Counted from the stretch's first letter, positions 29,976 through 40,003 are shown. The stretch is 64,000 nucleotides of DNA from Bdellovibrionales bacterium RIFOXYD12_FULL_39_22 (GCA_001770205.1 MEQL01000039.1:198787-262786), one strand, 5' to 3'. The notes: generated from the letters alone by a model not told the origin. Numbers and translations: made by a program.

Positions 29976-30827
29976 CTAGAAGAGGTATTGTAAACCAAAC
30001 AGATAAAATGGAGTAAGAAATATTAGCCCATCAATTCGGTCGTATAATCCACCATGTCCTGGGATAAGGTTCGAGCTATCTTTAATCCCATGAGTCCTTT
30101 TCATTTTTGATTGAACCAGATCACCAATTTGTGAAATAATTGGAGCAATTAACAGAAGTAGAACACGATGTGGCAGAATATTTATATCGAGATAATAAAA
30201 TATATAAAAAGAAGATAGGGCCGCAGAAATAATGGCACCACCAATAAGTCCCTCTACTGTTTTCTTCGGACTTATTTTCTCCCACAATTTATGTTTCCCA
30301 AAATTAATTCCTGCAAACCAAGCACCGCTATCCATTCCAAAATTTATAATAAAAAGCGGGGCAATTACATATAGTACTAGAATTCCCAAAGTAGCAGTTT
30401 GTCCAATGATGCTATAGGCCAACTTCCAAAGCGGAAAAAGAGGAACTAAAACAAGCAAAATGAAAAACTCTGGGACTTTTTGTAGAAAAGAATTAATCAT
30501 GGCCCCGGCGTTATCACTAAAAAGATAAATACCCATGGCCATATTGATTATAACCCCGATAACTGGCAAAAAATTATTCATGCTATTAAACCGTGGCCCA
30601 AGCAAGACTGTGCCCGCTAATAAGACAATCAAGAGAGCTTGGGCACTATAATATCGCAAGTTTTTCCTAGAAATTTTTTGAAAATTAGTTAGAAATTCAT
30701 CGTTTAAAATGACAACCGTAAAGAAAATTAAAAGGGCAAAGGCAATAGGGCCGGCGTAAAAAATAATGCCGACAAGCGCAATCATCACGAGTGCCGAGAC
30801 AATTCGTATTACAGTATTTTTTTGCAT
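29976..30827 (-). CDS. cdsA: Phosphatidate cytidylyltransferase
   Basis: ISPKKTVEG, GDLVQSKMKR, KDSSNLIPGHGGLYDRID. Confidence 0.93.
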   Translation of the reverse strand: MQKNTVIRIVSALVMIALVGIIFYAGPIAFALLIFFTVVILNDEFLTNFQKISRKNLRYYSAQALLIVLLAGTVLLGPRFNSMNNFLPVIGVIINMAMGIYLFSDNAGAMINSFLQKVPEFFILLVLVPLFPLWKLAYSIIGQTATLGILVLYVIAPLFIINFGMDSGAWFAGINFGKHKLWEKISPKKTVEGLIGGAIISAALSSFYIFYYLDINILPHRVLLLLIAPIISQIGDLVQSKMKRTHGIKDSSNLIPGHGGLYDRIDGLIFLTPFYLFGLQYLF

Positions 30828-30837
30828 AAAAAATGGC

Positions 30838-31635
30838 CTATTTTATTCCGACTGTTTGAATAAGTTCTAAATTCCTTTTAGCAATTTTGGTACTCTGTTC
30901 AAGGCCTTCGCAAACAGAAACTGTTCCGAAGCGACGATTACGCCGAGAAGCCGCTTCAACAATTTGTTTAAACTCACCACTAGTAAAGTCTGGCCACTTA
31001 GTGGGGGTAAAATAAAGTTCCGCATAGGCCAGCTGCCAAAGTAAGAAATTGGAAATTCTCTGATCTCCTCCTGTTCGAATGAGCAGATCAACATCGCCTA
31101 AATCTGGTGACATCAAGTTATTTGCAATCTCTTCTTCGGTTAATTCAGAAAAATTCTGGGCGGCAATTTTCTTTTTCAAGGCCCGATTGACTGCAGAGAC
31201 AATTTCAAAACGGCCACCATAGCCAAAAGCAAAAGTCAGCTTTAAACGAGAGAACTTGGAAGTTGTCGCTTCAAGATCTGCAATGATTTTTTTGGTCTCC
31301 TCGGGCAACTTGGAGATATCACCTATAACGCTAAAACGAATTTCATTTTTTATTATTCTCGTTCGCTCATCTAAAATAAATTTTTTAAGCAAAGCAAAAA
31401 GGACTTTTATTTCGGCCAATGGCCGGCCCCAATTTTCGGTAGAAAAAGCAAATAAGGTTAATGCGGAAATATTCTGTGCTATGGCCTCTTGTACTACCGA
31501 GGAAACAATTCTTGCTCCTCGCACATGGCCGAAGACGCGCGAATGAGACCGTCCTTGTGCCCAGCGCCCGTTGCCATCCATAATAATAGCAACATGCTTT
31601 AATTTACTACTGCTGTTTTTTGCTATATTTCCCAT
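30838..31635 (-). CDS. uppS: Undecaprenyl diphosphate synthase
   Basis: HVAIIMDGNGRWA, FSTENW, IRTGGDQRISNFLLWQ. Confidence 0.95.
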   Translation of the reverse strand: MGNIAKNSSSKLKHVAIIMDGNGRWAQGRSHSRVFGHVRGARIVSSVVQEAIAQNISALTLFAFSTENWGRPLAEIKVLFALLKKFILDERTRIIKNEIRFSVIGDISKLPEETKKIIADLEATTSKFSRLKLTFAFGYGGRFEIVSAVNRALKKKIAAQNFSELTEEEIANNLMSPDLGDVDLLIRTGGDQRISNFLLWQLAYAELYFTPTKWPDFTSGEFKQIVEAASRRNRRFGTVSVCEGLEQSTKIAKRNLELIQTVGIK

Positions 31636-31649
31636 CGTCAACTTTAAAA

Positions 31650-32207
31650 TTAAACCGTCATTAATTCATGCTCTTTATTTGAAATTATCTTATCAATTTC
31701 TTTAATATGCTCATCGGTAATTTTCTGAATATCCGCTTGGAATTTCTTCGAGTCATCTTCAGAAATAGTTTTTGCCTTCTCTGCTTTTTTTACGACTTCA
31801 TTTTGATCACGTCGAGAATTTCTTATGGCAACTTTAGAATCCTCACCCATTTTTTTAATTTGTTTAACCTGGTCTTTTCTTTTTTCCTCTGTGAGTGCCG
31901 GAAACGGTATGCGAATTAAATTACCATCATTGGCAGGAGTGACGCCAAGATTCGCCCCCAAAATGGCCTTTTCGATGGCATTGATCATAGTTTTGTCGAA
32001 AGGTTGAATCTGTAACAATCGGGCCTCTGGAGTACTTACTTGTCCAACTTGTTTTAGTGGTGATGGTGTTCCGTAGTAATCAACCATCAGACCATCTAAA
32101 ATGGCCGGAGACGCTCTTCCGGTTCTGATTTTAGTTAACTGGTGCTTCAATCCATCAGAGACTTTTTTCATTGAATCATTTAATTCTTTTTTTATTCTAT
32201 CCATCAT
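31650..32207 (-). CDS. frr: Ribosome recycling factor
   Basis: IRTGRA, VDYYG, LTEEKRK. Confidence 0.96.
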   Translation of the reverse strand: MMDRIKKELNDSMKKVSDGLKHQLTKIRTGRASPAILDGLMVDYYGTPSPLKQVGQVSTPEARLLQIQPFDKTMINAIEKAILGANLGVTPANDGNLIRIPFPALTEEKRKDQVKQIKKMGEDSKVAIRNSRRDQNEVVKKAEKAKTISEDDSKKFQADIQKITDEHIKEIDKIISNKEHELMTV

Positions 32208-32232
32208 AAAAATCAACCTCCAAACCTTTCAG

Positions 32233-32940
32233 TTATTTGGTAACCAAAGTTCCTATTTTGTTTCCTTGAACAACTTTTTTAATATTGCCTGACTGGAAAA
32301 CGTTAAAAACAATAATATCCAATTTGTTCTCCATGCAAAGACTAATGGCCGTTGCATCCATCACTTTGATATTTTGATTTAAAACATCCATGTAGGTCAA
32401 TTTATCATACTTAACCGCATGAGGATGTGTCATTGGATCATGATCATAAACACCATCAACTTTAGTGGCCTTCAAGATCACCTCGGCATCAATTTCGTTG
32501 GCCCGTAAGGCGGCAGCAGTATCGGTGGAAAAATAGGGATTTCCCGTTCCACCCGCAAAAATTAGTACTCTTTTCTTTTCCAAATGGCGCATGGCACGTC
32601 GCCTAATGTATGGCTCTACCATACTATTCATCTCCACTGCCGACATAACACGCGTTTTAATACCCAAACGCTCTACCGAGTCTTGTAGTGCCAAACAGTT
32701 AATTATAGTTGCCAACATTCCCATATGATCAGAGGTAGTGCGATTCATTCCTTTTGAAGCACCAGCAATTCCGCGGTGAATATTTCCACCACCAATCACC
32801 ACACCAACCTCTACTCCTAAATCGGCCACGCTTTTAATTTCTTCTGAGAAGGTACGAATGGTTTCTGAGCAAATTCCAAAACCCTGCTTGCCAGAGAGAG
32901 CTTCTCCTGAAAGTTTTAGTAAAACTCGTTTATACGCCAT
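32233..32940 (-). CDS. pyrH: Uridylate kinase
   Basis: [33 protein letters not shown] 32940 with SD AAGGAG. Confidence 0.96.
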   Translation of the reverse strand: MAYKRVLLKLSGEALSGKQGFGICSETIRTFSEEIKSVADLGVEVGVVIGGGNIHRGIAGASKGMNRTTSDHMGMLATIINCLALQDSVERLGIKTRVMSAVEMNSMVEPYIRRRAMRHLEKKRVLIFAGGTGNPYFSTDTAAALRANEIDAEVILKATKVDGVYDHDPMTHPHAVKYDKLTYMDVLNQNIKVMDATAISLCMENKLDIIVFNVFQSGNIKKVVQGNKIGTLVTK

Positions 32941-32957
32941 CGCAATCTCCTTCGAAC

Positions 32958-32982
32958 AAAAAGGGGACCGAAGTCCCCTTTT
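32958..32982 (-). terminator. Rho-independent terminator between tsf and pyrH
   Basis: AAAAGGGGAC-TTCG-GTCCCCTTTTT hairpin with UUCG loop and U-tract. Confidence 0.8.
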
Positions 32983-33002
32983 GCAGTATCCTGGCAATTT
33001 CG

Positions 33003-33662
33003 TTAGCCATGTTTTTGTGACATTTTTGCAACTTCCTCTGCCAAATTATCTTTGCGCTTTTCTATTCCCTCGCCTAGGTTGTATTTAACAAAACGGCGAA
33101 TGGAAATTTTCTCCCCTAGCTTTAAAGTTAAATCATTAACAAGATCATTAATTTTTAGATCAGGATTTTTCACAAAATTTTGCTCAAGCAAACAAACTTC
33201 CTGAGCTAACTTTGCCAGTTTTCCCTGTACGATTTTAGGAATCATATTATCTGGCTTGCCTTGCTCTTTTAATTGAGCAGCATAAATTTCTGCTTCCTTA
33301 TTTTTGTATCCCTCATCGATGTCGTCTTTATGAATAAACTTGGGATCAGCGGCCGCAACATGCATTGCTACGTCCCGAACAAAGGTACGGAAGTTTTCAT
33401 TTTTTGCCACAAAATCAGTCTCACAGTTTACTTCCACCATGACTCCAATTTTTCCATTATGAATATAAGAATCAATATACCCTTCCGCTGCAATACGAAC
33501 TTGCTTTTTCTGAGAATCAGCAAGGCCTTTTTTGCGTAAATAATCAATAGCAGCATCCATGTTACCATTACTCTCTGAAAGAGCTTTTTTACAATCCATC
33601 ATTCCTGCGCCAGTTTTTTCACGAAGCGCTTTAACATCGTTAGCACTAATATTGTTACTCAT
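33003..33662 (-). CDS. tsf: Elongation factor Ts (short form)
   Basis: [26 protein letters not shown]. Confidence 0.97.
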   Translation of the reverse strand: MSNNISANDVKALREKTGAGMMDCKKALSESNGNMDAAIDYLRKKGLADSQKKQVRIAAEGYIDSYIHNGKIGVMVEVNCETDFVAKNENFRTFVRDVAMHVAAADPKFIHKDDIDEGYKNKEAEIYAAQLKEQGKPDNMIPKIVQGKLAKLAQEVCLLEQNFVKNPDLKINDLVNDLTLKLGEKISIRRFVKYNLGEGIEKRKDNLAEEVAKMSQKHG

Positions 33663-33707
33663 TGATAAACTCCTCTGTCTTTTTACGTATTGACTCACTT
33701 ACCAGTA

Positions 33708-34511
33708 CTATGCTTCTTCGGGTACAGCACCCTCTTCTAGCAAATCGATATCTGCTTCGTATTTTGCCAAAATTTCGCTTTCTAGTGATAGGTCACGATC
33801 TGGATCATCTGTTTTAGCGCGAGTTGCCTTAGAGGTTCCCTCGGATACTGATTGTGCAAAATATTCTGCAAACAACGTGATTGATTTGATCGCATCGTCA
33901 TTACCAGGAACAACATAGCTAATACCCGTTGGATCACAGTTGGTATCTGTAACGGCGATAACTGGTATTTTTAATGTTTCTGCTTCAGTGATAACAATTC
34001 TTTCAGCGTTAGGATCAACTAAGAAAATGGCACCTGGCAATTTTCTCATGTTTTTTATACCACCAAGATTCTTCTCTAGTTTCTCAATATCCTTTTCAAT
34101 TTTGGCGCGTTCTTTTTTTGTTAGTAATTCAAAATCACCAGTCTCTTTCATTTTTTCAACTTTGCGAAGCTTATCAACCGAAAGAGCAATTGTTTTAAAA
34201 TTGGTAAGCATTCCACCTAACCAACGATGAGTCACATGGAAGGCTCCGCACTGTTCTGCACATCGGCGAACAGTTTCAGACGCCTGACGCTTGGTTCCAA
34301 CAAATAGAACGGGCTTCCCCTCTTGACTTGTTTTTTTGATAAATTCGTAAGCACGTTTGGCCATGGGAATTGTTTGACCTAGATCAATGATGTAGATTCC
34401 ATTGCGCTCTCCATAGACATACTTCTTCATTTTAGGATTCCACTTATTGGTCTGATGGCCAAAGTGTGCCCCCGCTTCTAAAAGCTGTTTTAAGCTCAAA
34501 TCTGTAGACAT
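33708..34511 (-). CDS. rpsB: 30S ribosomal protein S2
   Basis: AGAHFGH, RWLGGMLTN, DTNCDP, PGNDD. Confidence 0.98.
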   Translation of the reverse strand: MSTDLSLKQLLEAGAHFGHQTNKWNPKMKKYVYGERNGIYIIDLGQTIPMAKRAYEFIKKTSQEGKPVLFVGTKRQASETVRRCAEQCGAFHVTHRWLGGMLTNFKTIALSVDKLRKVEKMKETGDFELLTKKERAKIEKDIEKLEKNLGGIKNMRKLPGAIFLVDPNAERIVITEAETLKIPVIAVTDTNCDPTGISYVVPGNDDAIKSITLFAEYFAQSVSEGTSKATRAKTDDPDRDLSLESEILAKYEADIDLLEEGAVPEEA

Positions 34512-34529
34512 AAAAACTCCTCGACATGA

Positions 34530-34610
34530 TGGTTAATCTGATCACCTATGGCAGCAAAAATGCTGACCACCAAGCTAGGTGATTGTTATTTGCCCACTAT
34601 TGGGCATTAA
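34530..34610 (-). promoter_or_regulatory. Structured rpsB 5' leader (probable S2 autoregulatory element)
   Basis: Stems TGCCCA/TGGGCA and ATCACCTA/TAGGTGAT enclosing CAGCA/TGCTG, directly upstream of the rpsB SD. Confidence 0.5.
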
Positions 34611-34657
34611 GTTGGTTTTACAGAAATAGCACAGTGAAGCAAAAGGAGCAAGTTGTT

Positions 34658-37024
34658 TTAAGAGTGACTCTCCGAAGAAGAAAGCACTCGTCTAGGCCTT
34701 GACCCCTGGGCCGGCCCCACAACCCCTTGTGCCTCCATCTTTTCGATAAGATTGGCAGCTCGATTATAGCCAATTTTAAGTCGTCGCTGCAACATCGAGG
34801 CGCTGGCAGAGCGATACTCCAATACTACTTCAACAGCGCTAGAATATAGCTCATCGTTATCAATACTTTCGTCTTTAGTCACCAAATGAGAGCCATATGC
34901 GTAAGGATCGACTTCTTTTTCTCCCCCATTATTTAAAAATTCCATGGCGCCATCATCAAAGTTAGTATCGAGAGATGCTAGCTTTTCAACTAAGGCATTA
35001 ATTTCATTTTCATCAACATAGGCAGAGTGAACTCGCACCGTATCCACCCCTCGCTTATAGAGCATATCTCCCTTGCCCAACAACTTTTCCGCCCCAATCG
35101 CACTCAAAATAGTTCGAGAATCAGTACTGGTAGTCACTTTAAAAGAGATTCGCGTTGGGAAATTTGATTTTATCAATCCAGTAATTACATCTACGGAAGG
35201 CCGTTGAGTGGCAATTATCAAATGAATACCTGCGGCGCGTGCCTTTCCGGCCAAGCGACAAATATTACTTTCTACTTCTTTCCCGGCCTTGGTTAAAATT
35301 AAATCAGCAAACTCATCGACCACGATTACGAGATAAGGAAGATGATAACCTCTTTCTTCAACATCCTCATAGTGCACAGCAATCGCAGAGAGCATGGCCG
35401 GAGTGGCAGATTCTAATTTGCGATTAAAAGAATCCAAATCGCGTACACCAAATTCTTTTAAAATAGAGTAACGGCGATCCATCTCTTGCACGGCCCACAT
35501 CAAGGCCAAAGAGGCAGTCTTTGAGTCAGTAACGACTGGCATGCAAAGATGTGGCAACTCACTGTATAACGCTAACTCTAATTGTTTGGGATCAATCAAA
35601 ATCATCTTCATATCAAGAGGTGATTTTTTTATAAGCAGTGAAACCAGCAATGTATTAATAAAAACAGACTTGCCAGAACCGGTAGTTCCAGCAACCAACA
35701 TGTGTGGCATAGAGGCCAGATCTACCACAAAAGTTTTGCCATAAGCATCTCTACCAATCGCAATAGGCAAGGAGGAGCTTGCTTCTTTAAACTCTTTTGT
35801 GGACAAAACTTCATCTAAATAGATCGGCTCACGTGGATTACGAGGAACTTCAATTCCAATACTGGTTCTTCCTATCATTGGATATACAATACGAATAGGG
35901 GCACCATAAAGCGCCCCACTAATGTCATCGGTAAGAACCGTTATTTTAGAAACCTTAACTCCCTTGCCTAATTCCAGTAAAAAAGTATCAACTACTGGCC
36001 CTTTTAAAACTTCTTCTATGTATCCATCAATATGAAATTCATTAAGCTTTTCCTCAATGCGAGTGATAATCTGATCAAAATATTCTTGCTCTGGATTCTT
36101 TACACTGTATTCGCGCTTAGCGCCTAAGGTTCCGGCCACCAAATTAGGATAATCTATACTTTTTGGCCTTATAAGCTTATTAAGTTTTTCACTATTAATG
36201 GTGGTGCTCGTTGATGCCAGAGACAATTCTGTTGGTGCTTTGCCTGAAATCTCGGCACTAACCGCTTCTTCTGAAACTGTTTTCTCGGGGATTTTTATCT
36301 CATCTGTCCTGGTGATTCGGGGAATTGTTAACTCTTGAGCACTACTTTCTTTAACTTCAGAGGGAAGCGTTGTTATAACAGCAGGATTACTTTTCCCCCA
36401 CTTTAAAAATAGAGGGATTTTCATTTTAAAAACAGAAGAAAAACTTTGATTGGCCGTTTGGACAATAGCACGCTGCTGCTTATTGGCCTTCGCAAAAACA
36501 TTTTCTACCGCCGCCGGAGTTGCCCATAAAATTTTGGCAGTGCTAACAAGATGGTCTCTGAACGAAGCGCGAAAAGCACCAAACAAATAGGCAATAAAAC
36601 TTCCAATACAGATTGCAATTACACCCAGTGCCGAGGTGTTTTGAGAGAGAATAGTATTCAATCCTTCTCCGAGAAGGGGTGGATACGCTAAGTGAGTAAG
36701 TGTCAAAAAGGCCGAAAGAAGTAATACGATATTCAAAGTATCAATTACGTATTCGCGCTTGGAAAACATGAATGCATAAAAAAGAGCAAAAATAACAAAA
36801 GGAAAAAACAACCACGCTCCAAAGTAATATCCGGCAAAAGCAACAATTGTTTTGATATAGTACGAAAAAAAAGTCACCTCGCTATTTTGAGAGGTAATTA
36901 CGAGATAATTGTCGGCCAGCGTATCGCGGTAGTAAAACTCCAGCAGTGACAAAATCGTTATCGCAAAGAGAGCAAATAGTTCGCTTTTTAAAATTTTATT
37001 AATCACCTTTAGATTATACGTCAT
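34658..37024 (-). CDS. ftsK: DNA translocase FtsK
   Basis: N-terminal TMs; PHMLVAGTTGSGKS, IDPK, DEFAD, ATQRP; gamma domain LQRRLKIGYNRAA; start 37024 or 37042. Confidence 0.95.
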   Translation of the reverse strand: MTYNLKVINKILKSELFALFAITILSLLEFYYRDTLADNYLVITSQNSEVTFFSYYIKTIVAFAGYYFGAWLFFPFVIFALFYAFMFSKREYVIDTLNIVLLLSAFLTLTHLAYPPLLGEGLNTILSQNTSALGVIAICIGSFIAYLFGAFRASFRDHLVSTAKILWATPAAVENVFAKANKQQRAIVQTANQSFSSVFKMKIPLFLKWGKSNPAVITTLPSEVKESSAQELTIPRITRTDEIKIPEKTVSEEAVSAEISGKAPTELSLASTSTTINSEKLNKLIRPKSIDYPNLVAGTLGAKREYSVKNPEQEYFDQIITRIEEKLNEFHIDGYIEEVLKGPVVDTFLLELGKGVKVSKITVLTDDISGALYGAPIRIVYPMIGRTSIGIEVPRNPREPIYLDEVLSTKEFKEASSSLPIAIGRDAYGKTFVVDLASMPHMLVAGTTGSGKSVFINTLLVSLLIKKSPLDMKMILIDPKQLELALYSELPHLCMPVVTDSKTASLALMWAVQEMDRRYSILKEFGVRDLDSFNRKLESATPAMLSAIAVHYEDVEERGYHLPYLVIVVDEFADLILTKAGKEVESNICRLAGKARAAGIHLIIATQRPSVDVITGLIKSNFPTRISFKVTTSTDSRTILSAIGAEKLLGKGDMLYKRGVDTVRVHSAYVDENEINALVEKLASLDTNFDDGAMEFLNNGGEKEVDPYAYGSHLVTKDESIDNDELYSSAVEVVLEYRSASASMLQRRLKIGYNRAANLIEKMEAQGVVGPAQGSRPRRVLSSSESHS

Positions 37025-37167
37025 AGTTGACAAAGAATTCAAGTAAAGCGATTAGAATTTTAAATTACACATAACTAGACATAATTTTGTAAAAATGCCA
37101 GCATAATGTGCTCTCTTGTTTACTAATATTCTTAAAGAATAAACACCGATGCAAACCAGGTAAACTA

Positions 37168-37800
37168 ATGAATGATTGGGAAAAAAAATTTCAAAAAATT
37201 TTAACAAACACTTCTCTCGCATCAGATCCCGCACATGATTTTTTACATGTAAAACGAGTTGTGGAAATAGCAAAACAACTTTCCTCTAACGATGGCGGGT
37301 TATTGGAAATTATCTTACCTGCCGCCTGGTTCCATGACTTAGTGATTATACCTAAAAATGGCGCTGACCGAAAAAATGCCTCCAAACTTTCGGCGCAAAA
37401 GGCCATCGAATATTTACGAGAAATAGAGTATTCTTCCGTACACCTGGAGCAGATTGCTCACGCCATCGAAGCACATAGCTTTAGTGCTAACATTGATCCA
37501 CAAACAATTGAGGCCAAAATCGTTCAAGATGCGGATCGTCTGGACGGCCTCGGTGCTATAGGTGTCGCTCGCTGTTTTTCTACTGCCGGATTGATACAAC
37601 GCCAATTTTATGCAGAAGAAGATCCCTTCTGTCATCAACGGGCCCCCGATGACAGCAAATTTACAATTGATCATTTCTATAAAAAGCTTCTAAAAACAGC
37701 AGAAACGCTTAAAACAAAATCGGGAATCAAAGAAGGAGCGCGACGAGCTGTATTTATGCGCGACTATCTTAACGAGCTAGAACGAGAGCTCTATAAATAA
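37168..37800 (+). CDS. HD-domain phosphohydrolase (YedJ-like)
   Basis: AHDFLHVKRV, WFHD, AHSFS, QDADRLDGLGAIG, DHFYKKL. Confidence 0.88.
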   Translation: MNDWEKKFQKILTNTSLASDPAHDFLHVKRVVEIAKQLSSNDGGLLEIILPAAWFHDLVIIPKNGADRKNASKLSAQKAIEYLREIEYSSVHLEQIAHAIEAHSFSANIDPQTIEAKIVQDADRLDGLGAIGVARCFSTAGLIQRQFYAEEDPFCHQRAPDDSKFTIDHFYKKLLKTAETLKTKSGIKEGARRAVFMRDYLNELERELYK

Positions 37801-37803
37801 AAA

Positions 37804-37824
37804 TTTGGCGGGCGCAGAGGGACT
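37804..37824 (-). repeat. Direct-repeat copy of tRNA-Trp 3' end (att-like)
   Basis: tttggcgggcgcagagggact at 37804-37824 is identical to 38015-38035. Confidence 0.9.
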
Positions 37825-37880
37825 GCGGCCTTCCCGCATCTCGCTTCCAGCTCGCTGCCCCAGGGCCGGGATCGTTCGCT

Positions 37881-37903
37881 AACTTTGGCATCATGCCAAA
37901 GTT
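37881..37903. repeat. Perfect inverted repeat inside the tRNA-linked element
   Basis: aactttggcat-c-atgccaaagtt. Confidence 0.85.
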
Positions 37904-37975
37904 GCACTCGCACGCCCTGCACTGCAGGCCATGCTCACGCCGCTTACTCTTTTCGAGTTCCCCATGGTCTGGCGT

Positions 37976-38017
37976 AAAAATAAAAAAGGAAGCCAATTGG
38001 CTTCCTTTTTTATTTTT
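37976..38017. terminator. Bidirectional terminator (perfect 42-bp palindrome) immediately 3' of tRNA-Trp
   Basis: aaaaataaaaaaggaagccaa|ttggcttccttttttattttt. Confidence 0.85.
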
Positions 38018-38092
38018 GGCGGGCGCAGAGGGACTCGAACCCCCAACATTTTGATTTGGAATCAAACACTCTACCATTAGAGCTATACGCCC
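38017..38092 (-). tRNA. tRNA-Trp (CCA)
   Basis: GGGCGTA acceptor, TTTGA-TTCCAAA-TCAAA anticodon arm, GGTTCGAGTCC T-arm, G discriminator plus CCA; 76 nt. Confidence 0.95.
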
Positions 38093-38093
38093 T

Positions 38094-38123
38094 AAAAAAA
38101 AGGCCGGCATAAAATCCGGCCCT
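38094..38123 (-). terminator. Terminator-like hairpin between tuf and tRNA-Trp
   Basis: GGCCGG-ATTTTATG-CCGGCC followed by T8. Confidence 0.6.
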
Positions 38124-38145
38124 TCTCTATAATAAAATCTAAAAA

Positions 38146-39339
38146 CTAGGCCAAGATTTCAGAAACAGTTCCAGCGCCGATTGTTCGACCACCTTCTCTG
38201 ATCGCGAAACGGAGACCTTTTTCCATTGCAACAGGAGTAATCAATTCAACAGTAAAAGCTGTGTTGTCACCTGGCATAATCATTTCAACACCTGGATTCA
38301 ACTCAACTGCACCAGTAACATCTGTTGTACGGAAATAAAACTGAGGTCTATATCCCTTAAAGATTGGAGTATGACGCCCCCCCTCTTCCTTAGTTAGAAT
38401 ATAAACTTCACATTTAAATTTTGTATGAGGAGTAACTGTTCCTGGCTTAATAATACACTGGCCTCTTTCAACTTCTTCACGTTTAGTTCCACGAAGTAGA
38501 AGACCAACGTTATCTCCAGCTTGTCCTTGATCTAGAAGCTTTCGGAACATCTCAACACCGGTAACAACTGTAACTTGTTTTTCGCGAATACCAATAATTT
38601 CGATTTCCTCTCCAACCTTAATAATCCCACGCTCAACTCTTCCAGTAACAACCGTACCACGTCCTGAAATTGAGAAAACGTCCTCAACTGGCATCAAGAA
38701 ATCCTTCTCAATATCACGCTTTGGTGTTGGGATATATTCATCCACAGCATTCATAAGCTCCATAATTGCATCGTGGCCAATTTTTGGATCACGGCCTTCC
38801 GCTGCGGCAAGCGCAGATCCCTTAATTATGGGGATTGTGTCTCCTGGGAATTCGTAATCAGACAACAATTCGCGAACTTCCATTTCAACAAGGTCAAGAA
38901 GTTCGGCATCATCAACTTGATCAACTTTATTCAAAAAAACAACAATGGCAGGAACACCTACTTGACGAGCAAGTAGAACGTGTTCACGAGTTTGCGGCAT
39001 CGGGCCGTCGGCAGCACCAACAACAAGAATAGCACCATCCATTTGTGCGGCACCGGTGATCATGTTTTTAACATAGTCAGCGTGTCCCGGACAGTCAACG
39101 TGTGCATAGTGACGCTTTGCTGTTTCATACTCGATATGTGCTGTATTGATTGTGATTCCGCGAGCTCGCTCTTCAGGAGCAGAATCAATATCGCCATAAG
39201 ATTTTACGGCCGCTCTTGATCCATGCTGTGCCAGAACCATTGAAATTGCTGCAGTTAATGTTGTTTTTCCGTGGTCAACGTGGCCGATCGTACCAATGTT
39301 TACGTGCGGCTTACTTCTGTCAAATTTTTCTTTTGCCAT
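38146..39339 (-). CDS. tuf: Elongation factor Tu
   Basis: [26 protein letters not shown]. Confidence 0.99.
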   Translation of the reverse strand: MAKEKFDRSKPHVNIGTIGHVDHGKTTLTAAISMVLAQHGSRAAVKSYGDIDSAPEERARGITINTAHIEYETAKRHYAHVDCPGHADYVKNMITGAAQMDGAILVVGAADGPMPQTREHVLLARQVGVPAIVVFLNKVDQVDDAELLDLVEMEVRELLSDYEFPGDTIPIIKGSALAAAEGRDPKIGHDAIMELMNAVDEYIPTPKRDIEKDFLMPVEDVFSISGRGTVVTGRVERGIIKVGEEIEIIGIREKQVTVVTGVEMFRKLLDQGQAGDNVGLLLRGTKREEVERGQCIIKPGTVTPHTKFKCEVYILTKEEGGRHTPIFKGYRPQFYFRTTDVTGAVELNPGVEMIMPGDNTAFTVELITPVAMEKGLRFAIREGGRTIGAGTVSEILA

Positions 39340-39485
39340 ACCCTTCTCTCCTTAATTATGAGTAACTATAATCCATCTAATTCGTGTTATCCGAGCAATT
39401 TGCGAACAAATAATCTCTCGCACTTCTACTAAAATAAGAAACAGCAGTATCGCTGATTCCACATTTCCTGACAAGCAGAAATTTA

Positions 39486-39560
<75 letters not shown>

Positions 39561-39599
39561 CAAGGTATTAAACATTGCTCTGCCAGATCTAGTAAAAAA

Positions 39600-39675
39600 T
39601 GGAGCGGGCGAAGAGGTTCGAACTCTCGACCCCCAGCTTGGAAGGCTGGTGCTCTACCAACTGAGCTACACCCGC
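39600..39675 (-). tRNA. tRNA-Gly (TCC)
   Basis: CCAGC-CTTCCAA-GCTGG anticodon arm; CCA end. Confidence 0.95.
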
Positions 39676-39691
39676 TTAATCGTATAAAGGA

Positions 39692-39776
39692 TGGTGGAGA
39701 GGGACGGATTCGAACCATCGAAGGCAGTGCCGTCAGATTTACAGTCTGATCCCTTTGGCCACTCGGGAACCTCTCC
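39692..39776 (-). tRNA. tRNA-Tyr (GTA)
   Basis: TCAGA-CTGTAAA-TCTGA anticodon arm; long variable arm; CCA end. Confidence 0.95.
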
Positions 39777-39865
39777 CTGTCTAACCTAAACTTTATACAA
39801 CATATCTCAAAATAACTCCTTCAGCAACCTACGAATCAATTGCGCGCTTTTCACACCCCAAATAC

Positions 39866-39941
39866 TGGAGCTGGCTATAGGAGTTGAACCTACGACCTAC
39901 GGTTTACAAAACCGTTGCTCTACCAACTGAGCTAAGCCAGC
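39866..39941 (-). tRNA. tRNA-Thr (TGT)
   Basis: ACGGT-TTTGTAA-ACCGT anticodon arm; CCA end. Confidence 0.95.
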
Positions 39942-39974
39942 GCATAAATTCGTTGTCGAAGTCGGATTCGTAGA

Positions 39975-40003
39975 TTTATAAATGGTAGGCCTTACAAAAT
40001 CAA
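39975..40003 (-). promoter_or_regulatory. sigma70-type promoter for the tRNA-tuf operon
   Basis: TTGATT-17 nt-TATAAA. Confidence 0.5.

Noticed and set aside
37804..38035. Repeat pair as a CRISPR array or prophage
   Set aside because: Only two copies, derived from tRNA; no cas, integrase or phage genes in the window
38017..38092. tRNA-Trp as a UGA suppressor or sign of recoding
   Set aside because: Anticodon is CCA with a 5-bp anticodon stem, and TGA terminates intact genes such as psd and murC
37769..38110. 113-aa ORF as possible cargo of the tRNA-linked element
   Set aside because: It reads through tRNA-Trp and a terminator palindrome, and has no SD or recognisable motif
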